The translations under genes and the position numbers were made by a program. 64,000 bases of DNA from Bdellovibrionales bacterium (GTDB lineage: Bacteria > Bdellovibrionota > Bdellovibrionia > Bdellovibrionales > CAYMLA01), in contig OZ244239.1 in the NCBI GenBank assembly GCA_965217115.1, positions 480,001 to 544,000 of the forward strand, in the 5' to 3' direction. Shown here piece by piece: positions 51,631 through 59,844 of this stretch (its first letter is position 1; each line of letters starts with the position of its first letter). The notes beneath the pieces are model-generated. The model was not told where the DNA came from. It saw only the letters and a program-made list of their open reading frames with translations, and searched no databases.

Positions 51631-52050
51631 ATGTCAGATTCAGCACAGACAATAAATAATGATGTTAATGGTGGAATACTAAATTCACTAGGCATCTTAA
51701 CTGAGGATGGCATGGGTTTTCATCCTGATGCATTTTTTAAATATAGTCCCTACAGCAGAACAGTCCTTGCAAAAGAAGCAAAAGTTTCCAGAACTAATTT
51801 ATACAAAGATACTGTTAAATTAAGCACTATTAAGCAATTAAGAAAAGGTATCCTTCAAGTTGTAATGGGAACAGATTTAACTATCGAGCTTTTTAAAGAC
51901 AATACAGAAGAAGCAATCAAATGGTTTAATGCTCCAAATACAATGCTATCTGGTGAATCTCCTTTTGAAGTCTGTATTAGAAGTGATGGACATGGACTTT
52001 TAAACTGGTTAAGAGGGAGACTTGGTTACAGCGATGCTGTCCCTTTTTAA
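51631..52050 (+). CDS. Xre/MbcA/ParS-type antitoxin
   Basis: GGAGG RBS. HTH-like LAKEAKVSRTNLYK. C-terminal LF...EEAIKWFNAPNTMLSGESPF. Directly upstream of a RES gene. Confidence 0.8.
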   Translation: MSDSAQTINNDVNGGILNSLGILTEDGMGFHPDAFFKYSPYSRTVLAKEAKVSRTNLYKDTVKLSTIKQLRKGILQVVMGTDLTIELFKDNTEEAIKWFNAPNTMLSGESPFEVCIRSDGHGLLNWLRGRLGYSDAVPF

Positions 52051-52056
52051 TTGATA

Positions 52057-52795
52057 GTGGCCAAAACAAAAAAGAAAACCACTAAAAAAAAACACAGCAA
52101 AGAAAAAGGTTCCAAAAAAATATATTATACGCTTTAGTAAAGAAGTTCTTTTGAAGTATGTCCAAGATGATATTCAAAAAAATCAACAAATAGAAAAAAA
52201 TCAAATAATTGAATCAATGAGGTTTGAGCATTCGTTAAATACTCAAGGGAAATTAAACTTTCAAACATTTAAAGTTTCTTTTAATGATCCTGTTTATAGA
52301 GTTTATCCAAAACAGTTTAGTGTAACTAGCATCCTTGGGAGCATCTCTGACGGTGCGAGATTAAATATTGGAGGGCCACAAATTCTAAAATCAAATTTTC
52401 CTTTTAATAAATTTGGAGCATTATATATTTCAAATACAATGGCTGGGGCAATTGCAGAATATTGTCAGGGAACGCCTTTAGATAAAAATGACTACAAGTA
52501 CACACTGCAACCTCAAAAAACTTTTGAGTTGTGGGATTTAGATAAAGTTGTTAGCAACTTGCAAATTTCATCTCTGAAATTTCTAATTGATAAATTACCA
52601 ATTGGAGGTGGCTGGGGAAATTGCAAAGTCCCAATGCCTTCTCAGATATTAGCAACTTGGTTAAAAAGCATAGATGGTGATGGGATAATGTATACTTCGA
52701 CTAAAGACCTAAACTCTAAGATTATTGCGATCTTCACACAAAATGATAGAGAATCTGAAAATAATTTTTCAATAATTAGCAGAACAAATATATAA
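52057..52795 (+). CDS. RES-domain toxin (putative NAD+ phosphorylase); 5' end apparently frameshifted in an A9 run (intact ORF 52151..52795)
   Basis: VYRV (R), GARLN, ALYIS...AIAEY (E), SQILA, DGIMYTS (S). GTG at 52057 joins this frame if one A is removed from 52084-52092. Confidence 0.75.
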
Positions 52796-53132
52796 TTAAA
52801 ATAACTGCTAGAAGAAAAGAAAGCTCTTATGATTATTCCTACGTTATTCCGTAGTGACAATTTACCAGAAACTGTTTTTTCAGAAAATGATTTTTAGCAT
52901 AGAAGAAGGACTTGGGGTAAATATTATAAGACAGAAGGATTGATGGCAAAATTTAGTGATGCCGGCAAAGCTGGATGGAGTTAAAAAGCCTAGCATGGCT
53001 TGTTTCTGCCCACGTTAGCTATGTTAATGCTCCGACAGGTAAAACCCCAACAACAAGAACAGTTTTTCTCTGACTCCTCAAGTAGCTTAAATGCTAGAAC
53101 TGCTGCCATCGATTAACTCTCAGAACCCTTGG

Positions 53133-53582
53133 TCAAACGTGTCCGATGCTTCGTTGAATAATTTGATCAAGTTTTCCTAAAAATTTAGATCGATCGGTCT
53201 TAGTCATGGAACTGGGGCCAGTGTTGGTATGTCCTAGAGTTCTAAGATGGGCATTTATTTTTCTTGCAGCTAGTGCGCTACCGATATTTTCCTCATCAAA
53301 TTCATAACCTTTTGCTCCGAGTACTTTGGCTTCTTTTTGAATTCCACGTTCAGCTAAAAGCAAATCTGCTGTAATGAGAATGTCACCAGCTTTGATATTC
53401 TCAGCTATCCAGTCATCGGCAGCATCAAAGTCATTGGAGACCACTTGCATTTCAATGTTTTTATCCAGGGGAGTATTTAAGTATTGATTGGCGACAACAA
53501 TCACTTTTAACTGGTAACGAGCAGCTACTTTATAAGTTTCTTCTTTAACTGTGCAGCCATCAGCGTCGATATAAATTGTCAT
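53133..53582 (-). CDS. YaiI/YqxD family (UPF0178/DUF188) protein
   Basis: IYIDADGC.VK, DAADDWI, GDILITADLLLA, TGP. Confidence 0.88.
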   Translation of the reverse strand: MTIYIDADGCTVKEETYKVAARYQLKVIVVANQYLNTPLDKNIEMQVVSNDFDAADDWIAENIKAGDILITADLLLAERGIQKEAKVLGAKGYEFDEENIGSALAARKINAHLRTLGHTNTGPSSMTKTDRSKFLGKLDQIIQRSIGHV

Positions 53583-53671
53583 TTAAGTCCCTTTCAATTT
53601 GTCATCTTTAGTCTATATAAAACAGCATCAGAGAGAATAACTATCAAGCAACATCTATTTCATAACCCCTT

Positions 53672-53756
53672 TCCCCCGTTGTTCCCGTCCTTCCCAACTA
53701 TTCCTGTCCCCCGTTGTTCCCGTCCTTCCCAACTATTCCTGTCCCCCGTTATTCCC
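53672..53756 (+). repeat. 35-nt tandem repeat (about 2.4 copies) in the pyrimidine-rich tail of the repeat element
   Basis: TCCCCCGTTGTTCCCGTCCTTCCCAACTATTCCTG at 53672 and 53707, partial at 53742. Confidence 0.9.
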
Positions 53757-53820
53757 AGTCCAGCTGCAGGTTTCAAAAATATGTTTTTTTAAATGGACAT
53801 CTATTCTTTAGCGAGTTCGG
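53746..53820 (+). repeat. Truncated hairpin repeat copy R7a (left flank, left arm and 8 nt of forward core)
   Basis: ...TTTAAATGGACATCTATTCTTTAGCGAGTTCGG, then an abrupt switch to R7b. Confidence 0.85.
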
Positions 53821-54025
53821 TATGTTTTTTAAATAAATATTTATTCTTTAGCTCAGACATTCGTTTGGCTGCGGCGCTCGCTTTGCGAGCATCGCACCAA
53901 TCCGAACTCGCTAAAGAATAAACATTCATTTAAAAAACCACCCTTTGCCAAACAATAGGCTTTAGCCGAGCCGAAAAATGCCACAATAATTCAATCTCCC
54001 CAGTTAGTTGTTCCCGTTCCTATCT
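53821..54025 (+). repeat. Hairpin repeat copy R7b (type II, core flipped) plus linker
   Basis: Core 53853-53909 identical to the R4 core. Linker as after R4 and R5. Confidence 0.92.
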
Positions 54026-54201
54026 CCGTTGTTCCCAGTCCAGCTGCAGATTTCAAAGATGTGTTTTTTAAATGGACATCTATTCTTTAGCGAGTTCGGA
54101 TTGATGCGATGCTCGCGAAGCGAGCGCCGCAGCCAAACGAATGTCTGAGCTAAAGAATAGATGTCCATTTAAAAAACACCTCTTTGCCCAAATCAAACAA
54201 A
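54026..54201 (+). repeat. Hairpin repeat copy R8 (type I)
   Basis: Perfect 31-bp arms 54061-54091 / 54149-54179. Ends TTTGCCCAAATCAAACAAA, overlapping the top6A stop. Confidence 0.95.
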
Positions 54202-55359
54202 AGATTGCTTTTTGATTTTTTCTAGAATAATCTTCTCAACCTTAACCGGATCCGTCGGATCAACACTAAAATAAGACTGCTGTTCACAACGTTTTTTCTC
54301 TGTAATCAACCACTTTAAAATATTAGATAACTTTTTATTTTTCTTATCGTGGAAAAAAGGATCATTGTTTAAAGCGTCCTTCGCTTTTTTTAGGGACCTT
54401 AATTCAGAAGGATCTTTTTCTCCTACGCTGTAACAATGAAGATCGTATTTTTTCACGTCCTCAGGCAACACACCTAAGAATCGCACATCAGAAGCCGAAA
54501 AATCAGCATTTCGGATCAAGCTTGCCGCCGACCCCGCCTTCAAGGTCCGATAAATATTCTGAATCGTGTACGCATCCAGATCTCCAAAGAAATACATCGG
54601 TGCCTTCACCTGCTCCTGAATAAGTCGACACCAACCACGCACTCCATTGCTCGGAACACCCTGCGCACCAATCACAATGCATCTATGTCTTTTCGTAAAT
54701 CCATTGGCCACCAGAGTATTCGCCGTACCCTCTGACTCGACAACCAAGGAAAAATCAATCTTGCCCCTCGTTTTTAAGCTCAATGCTTGGGGCTTATTTT
54801 TAGGCTGAAACGGAGTCGTCCCCAACGTAGATAGGTCAACAACCGCCTTCTCTTCATCAGGTAAAGTCTCAGTGACTATCAATTGTTTCGAGTAAGTTTG
54901 ACCACCACGATCATTGGCAAAACAATTAAGCTCCTCACGATACACTTCTAACATATCACAAATAAACTCAATTACAGAATCACTCTCAATCTGATCATTG
55001 AAATCTAAGGGTTTTAACTCTTTATTGCTTTTCACCATACCCTTGGCTAAATAATAAATCTCACGCTTAGTATTCTGAGAGCCTATATCTAGGTTCCGTA
55101 AAAATATCTCTAATAGGAAAACCACCCGTGCCATCTTCTGTACCGACGAGACATTCAACTCTGTCTTCACCTTTTTTTCGCCAGGGGTTAGATACCCTAC
55201 CTTAGAGTCGTAAAAAGAATTATCAAGAGAGCACTTGATCGCTTCCAACATCGGACGGCGACTGTTCTCCAAATCCTTTAACATCTTATCACACAGAATC
55301 ATGGATTCTTTAGGGATGTCTTTTTTCAGCTCTCTTATGCGTGCCCGTGTTTTAGCCAT
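54193..55359 (-). CDS. top6A: DNA topoisomerase VI subunit A (Spo11-like)
   Basis: TKREIYY (catalytic Tyr), Toprim VVESE and FGDLDAY. Adjacent to top6B. Confidence 0.88.
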   Translation of the reverse strand: MAKTRARIRELKKDIPKESMILCDKMLKDLENSRRPMLEAIKCSLDNSFYDSKVGYLTPGEKKVKTELNVSSVQKMARVVFLLEIFLRNLDIGSQNTKREIYYLAKGMVKSNKELKPLDFNDQIESDSVIEFICDMLEVYREELNCFANDRGGQTYSKQLIVTETLPDEEKAVVDLSTLGTTPFQPKNKPQALSLKTRGKIDFSLVVESEGTANTLVANGFTKRHRCIVIGAQGVPSNGVRGWCRLIQEQVKAPMYFFGDLDAYTIQNIYRTLKAGSAASLIRNADFSASDVRFLGVLPEDVKKYDLHCYSVGEKDPSELRSLKKAKDALNNDPFFHDKKNKKLSNILKWLITEKKRCEQQSYFSVDPTDPVKVEKIILEKIKKQSFV

Positions 55360-55366
55360 TTCTCCA

Positions 55367-57208
55367 CTACCTTTTCTTAGACTTCTTGGTCTTCTTTTTC
55401 TTCTTAACTGTTTTCTTCTTAGCTGCTTTTTTCTTGGTTACTGATTCCTTTTTTTTCTTTTTGATGGCTCTCTTCTCAATCACCTTTTTTTTCTTCTTAG
55501 CCCCTTTCTTCTTCTGTGTCTTATTCAACAACAAAGGAGATGATTCCTCTTTGCTCTCTCCCTCAACACCCAAAACCTGGTCTTGTTTCACCTTTAGCTG
55601 AGCCAATCTCTCACTCGCCGAAGCCAGTTTTTCTTCAGCCTGATCAGTGTCACGACCCAAAATAGAAGATAAACCATCAATCGCTTTTCTCCTTCTCTTA
55701 TCGCTAGCTCCGGTTAAGCGCACAAGTGTGTTCACCAATATAGGTCCAAATTGCTCTATATGTTGCTTCTTTCTCTCCAAATCAGCTTCACGAAATTCTT
55801 TCTTAATATGACGACTCAACTTCTGTCCCGCCTGAATCAAAGCACGACGAATTTCCTCCACCAGTTCATTACTAGAATCGATTGTCTCTTTAGAGGCATT
55901 CTTAAATTTGATAAACGGTGACACGACACTCACTGCAAAAACATAGGGACCCAGAGGCAAAGAACCCTTCGGTTGACTCAACCCATAGGCTTTCCAATTC
56001 ACTGATTCAATCGCCTGAGTCACTGCACAAGCCGCTTTATCAAACTGCAAAGGCACTCGATTGGCAAAACGTAATAACTGAACAGACCCTTCACTCGTCT
56101 CCGCTTTTCTCTCTTGAAAACGAGCCAAAGCCACCTCAATCACAACAGGCTTAAAATCACAAATCGTCGGACGACGACAAACCACACTGAAAAAATCCAC
56201 TTCTCCCAAACGAAGAATGCTCTTAGACAATGCCTCTTCGCCAACCTTCAACACCGATTTCGTACTCGGAGCTAACAAATCTGTATCCTGTAATACCTGG
56301 AAAACCTTCTTAAACTCAGCATCACCCATAGATGAAATAGATTTATCCAATATTGCTTTTTTTAAACCGTTCTTTTTTAAATCCTTAAAAGTGTTATCAG
56401 ACACTCGGGAAAAGCCTGTTTTTAAAAACTTACCCAGTGGCACTTTGCCAAATAAATGGGCGTGGGTGATAAATTCGCCTAATTTCATCGTGTGTGGATG
56501 GGGAGGTGTTGGTTGGGGAATGGAAGGCGTCTCCTCTGACACTCTCTCAATGTAAATTTCTTCACGATCTAAAAGTTTATATCTAAGTGTTAGGTGAGGA
56601 TTCACCAAAGTTGTTCCATCCAAGTAAGTCAGAATTCCGCCATCGCCATTTAATTGAACACGGCCATCAATTTTAAACTCTACACTCACCCCATGGGAAC
56701 GATTCCAATCAAGGGTTTTCCGATCTTTTAAAACACCCTTATTGCCTTTAATATCCACATCAACAAAACACGACACCGCCTTGCGCATACGCTGAGTTTT
56801 ACTTAAAACCTTCACGCCCTTAGCGTTGGTCAACTGCGCCCAAGTCGTAGCTGCAGATATTCCAATTCCTTGCTGCCCCCTAGAACATTGTCCTTTCCCA
56901 AATTTAGACGATGCCAAGTACTCTCCGTAAACCTTGGCTAAATCATCCTCCTCAATGCCAGGACCGTTATCCTCAATGACTATTTTGATTAAATCCGCAT
57001 TTTTTGCCGATCCTTTACCTACTTTTTCTACTATCACCTTGATTTCAGGAAGCAAACCAGCTTCCTCACAAGCATCTAATGAGTTATCTACCGCCTCTTT
57101 CAAGGTCGTTAACACCGCCTTGATCGGCGACGAAAACCCCACCTGCTGGAGGTTCTTAGCAAAATATTCAGCTGTACTACTCTGTGTGATTTGATTTCTC
57201 TTTGCCAT
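55367..57208 (-). CDS. top6B: DNA topoisomerase VI subunit B with a Lys-rich C-terminal tail
   Basis: KEAVDNSLDACEE, EDNGPGI, SRGQQGIGISA (GHKL), RFANRVPL. Confidence 0.92.
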   Translation of the reverse strand: MAKRNQITQSSTAEYFAKNLQQVGFSSPIKAVLTTLKEAVDNSLDACEEAGLLPEIKVIVEKVGKGSAKNADLIKIVIEDNGPGIEEDDLAKVYGEYLASSKFGKGQCSRGQQGIGISAATTWAQLTNAKGVKVLSKTQRMRKAVSCFVDVDIKGNKGVLKDRKTLDWNRSHGVSVEFKIDGRVQLNGDGGILTYLDGTTLVNPHLTLRYKLLDREEIYIERVSEETPSIPQPTPPHPHTMKLGEFITHAHLFGKVPLGKFLKTGFSRVSDNTFKDLKKNGLKKAILDKSISSMGDAEFKKVFQVLQDTDLLAPSTKSVLKVGEEALSKSILRLGEVDFFSVVCRRPTICDFKPVVIEVALARFQERKAETSEGSVQLLRFANRVPLQFDKAACAVTQAIESVNWKAYGLSQPKGSLPLGPYVFAVSVVSPFIKFKNASKETIDSSNELVEEIRRALIQAGQKLSRHIKKEFREADLERKKQHIEQFGPILVNTLVRLTGASDKRRRKAIDGLSSILGRDTDQAEEKLASASERLAQLKVKQDQVLGVEGESKEESSPLLLNKTQKKKGAKKKKKVIEKRAIKKKKKESVTKKKAAKKKTVKKKKKTKKSKKR

Positions 57209-57361
57209 ACAACACCCGCGTCCATCTAAAACTAGCCTTCTCCTCCACTATCAGGATTTTGTAAAGGGCTGGCAACACTTACAAAAAGCGTGACACACAC
57301 TGGCAATTCCCTGTATCCACTCTCTACTGCCACTGAGGATGTCACACCAGCCAGCACTGCC

Positions 57362-59332
57362 TTAGTTTTTGGGATTAAGTCCAGCCCTTTTTTGTAGCCT
57401 TTTAGCAGAGTGTTTCTCAAGAATTAAAGCCAAGGGTAAGTGATTGGCTAACAGCCCATAGAACACCTGCGCTTCAATGCACATTAAAATACTTGGCGAA
57501 CGGGCTACCACGGTGGCCGTACGCCTAACACCTGGATATAACAGCGCTATCTCTCCAAAAAAATCTCCTGTCCCCATTTGATTAATTCTTTTATCTCCAT
57601 TAACAACGTCTAACTGCCCCTGAATCACGAAATACCCTGAGTCAGCCACTTCTCCCTCATTTATGACATGAACTCCCTGGGCTAATTCCACAATTTTCCC
57701 ACAATTGAGAATACCATCCATCGCTTCACGGGGAATCTCTTTAAACAAAGGACTTCCAACCATACTCTGCACACTCCAAATCCGATGGCGCAGGAAACGT
57801 GCTTGTTCACCGTCTAAAAACTGCTTCCCATTCAAGTGTTGACGATATTTTAAGCAAAGCAACAGTGATTCCTCTTCGCAAACCACATCTCCCGAGCGAC
57901 GATGGCCCAAGAAATAACCACTCTCTCCAAAGACAGCCCCTCTCTGTAAACTGGTCACCAATACTCGACGATGACCTTTAAATCTTTTCATTACAACCAG
58001 ACGACCTTTAACAACAATGTACAGATCTCTGTCACTAGCCCCTTGCCGACAGACACTCACACCTTTGCTAACCTTCAACAACCGACACCCCTTGAGCATT
58101 TCATCTCTCACTGCCACTGGCAGTAACCGCACAAAAGGAAGATCATTTATAATATTTTCAGATTTTGCACTCTCCGTAACTATTTCATTTTGTGGTGAAG
58201 ACCAGCGACCCATGATTTCTGTCAGAGGCAATGCTCGATAATCCACTGCCTGTACAATGTCTTCCAAAAAAGAAATAAAAAATATTAATAAGTAGCCTAT
58301 CACTAGAGCACCATAGAGTGTCTCTCTTCCCTCCACAAAACCTCGACTCCAGACAAACTTTATAAAAGGAAAAAGAACGAAGAGGATCGATAACCCTAAA
58401 GCCATAACCCATAGAATCCTTAAGGTCGTTACTCCACTGGCTATTAATTGATCAATATCACCGTATAATCGATTAAAACTGCTCTTTAGAATCTTCGTCA
58501 TTGCTGTCCACGCGAAGGGTGATATGGAAAAAATTCCATAGATAAACACCCCTATCCAAACCACTGCCAACTGCTCCTCTTCAAGGCCTATCATCGTCGC
58601 TAAGAGAAAAAGAAAAAACACGCTCAATAGATTTAAAATATAAATCCATAAAAACTTTCCTGAAAAAGAGTCTCCATGCTCTTCTTTTTGCACCCAAACT
58701 CCTAAGCCGAGAAGGCTAACATTCAACCCCCATTCCCATCGGAGACGATCAACCCCTATTTTAAAAAAGCATTCAATAGAACTGGAAAAAAACTGCCCTA
58801 GAAAAACACTGGAAATTAAAACAAGAAAAACCCCCACTAGAGATTCATTAACTGGTAAAGACACGAACACCGACGGAGAAAAAGCTATCCAATCAATAAA
58901 AGCCAGAGAGAATATCGCAGTGAATAAGCATAAAAACCCTACAAGTAAGAGGTTCCACCCTTTTCCTAAATACCCTCCTACGACAGACCCCAGCCCAACA
59001 TGGGCCAACGGATTGGCCAACAACGATGCTGGCCAGTCATATTGAACCTGCAAACTCCTTATGTACCTTTGCGCCTCCCCATCAACCAAAAGCCGCAAAT
59101 AAGCCAACAAGTTAAGCGCATCAAACAAACCTTGAAAATCTGGTTTCTCTCCCCGACAAAATTCCTTCTGTATGATGTCTGATATGGAAGAACCTTCTCT
59201 CAAAGACACTAAATAAGGCAATGCGCTGATGCCGATATCAACCCCTTCCTCTCTACCCTTACAGTAAAGAACTCTTTTGACTGAGTCGATTTCAAATTTA
59301 TATAATCGCAAAGTGTTTTTTTCAATAGCCAC
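57362..59332 (-). CDS. Multi-pass membrane protein with two C-terminal cyclic-nucleotide-binding domains
   Basis: Several TM segments. cNMP motifs VFGESG...RRSGDV and FFGEIAL...RRTATV. Confidence 0.78.
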   Translation of the reverse strand: MAIEKNTLRLYKFEIDSVKRVLYCKGREEGVDIGISALPYLVSLREGSSISDIIQKEFCRGEKPDFQGLFDALNLLAYLRLLVDGEAQRYIRSLQVQYDWPASLLANPLAHVGLGSVVGGYLGKGWNLLLVGFLCLFTAIFSLAFIDWIAFSPSVFVSLPVNESLVGVFLVLISSVFLGQFFSSSIECFFKIGVDRLRWEWGLNVSLLGLGVWVQKEEHGDSFSGKFLWIYILNLLSVFFLFLLATMIGLEEEQLAVVWIGVFIYGIFSISPFAWTAMTKILKSSFNRLYGDIDQLIASGVTTLRILWVMALGLSILFVLFPFIKFVWSRGFVEGRETLYGALVIGYLLIFFISFLEDIVQAVDYRALPLTEIMGRWSSPQNEIVTESAKSENIINDLPFVRLLPVAVRDEMLKGCRLLKVSKGVSVCRQGASDRDLYIVVKGRLVVMKRFKGHRRVLVTSLQRGAVFGESGYFLGHRRSGDVVCEEESLLLCLKYRQHLNGKQFLDGEQARFLRHRIWSVQSMVGSPLFKEIPREAMDGILNCGKIVELAQGVHVINEGEVADSGYFVIQGQLDVVNGDKRINQMGTGDFFGEIALLYPGVRRTATVVARSPSILMCIEAQVFYGLLANHLPLALILEKHSAKRLQKRAGLNPKN

Positions 59333-59356
59333 GGATATATTCTCACTTAAACATTC

Positions 59357-59647
59357 TTAGTCGTCTTCTAATTTCATTAAAGTTAATTCTGCGGGGGTGT
59401 AGTATTTTTTTTTGCTGTTACAGTCCTTACAAGAAACCACGACATTTTTCTTTGTCGTCTTCCCTCCCCTAACAATCGGAATCACATGATCCATCGTGAG
59501 CTGTTCTTTTAAAAACTTTCCCTCACAGTAATAACAATTCCCATACCCCAGTTTCTGCCTCCACCACTGACTCTTGCGCAGTAATCTAGCTTTCGCCTTT
59601 TCCTTTCGGCAATGACTCTGACTGGCCAATTCAAAATAATCACTCAT
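59357..59647 (-). CDS. Small HNH endonuclease
   Basis: CYYC, TMDHVIP..RGG, NVV.SC..CN.KK. Confidence 0.88.
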   Translation of the reverse strand: MSDYFELASQSHCRKEKAKARLLRKSQWWRQKLGYGNCYYCEGKFLKEQLTMDHVIPIVRGGKTTKKNVVVSCKDCNSKKKYYTPAELTLMKLEDD

Positions 59648-59844
59648 CTCTGCACCTAGAAAGAGGCCCTAAGAGAAAAATCTTGGCATAACGCGCCCAG
59701 ACTTTTCCCGTGAATCCCATGTTTAACCCTTTTACGTGTCATCTTGAGCTTAATTCATTTTATGCCTATTGCCAATTTTTTCTATTCTTGTTAGATATTC
59801 CACCATCAAACGGTGATGGAATATTTAACTTTTAAGAGGGGCTC

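Noticed and set aside
52860..53130. Possible pseudogene fragment between the RES and YaiI genes
   Set aside because: Only a few codons of weak resemblance, which cannot be supported without a search.
57232..57420. 62-aa ORF upstream of top6B
   Set aside because: It overlaps the end of the upstream gene and has no motif. The region is better explained as a structured leader.
59357..59647. HNH protein as the mobiliser of the repeat
   Set aside because: It is a generic small HNH about 5 kb from the nearest copy, in housekeeping context, with no linking evidence.
59795..59824. Inverted repeat ATATTCCA/TGGAATAT upstream of bolA
   Set aside because: It could be an operator, but an 8-bp arm in AT-rich DNA is too weak to call.
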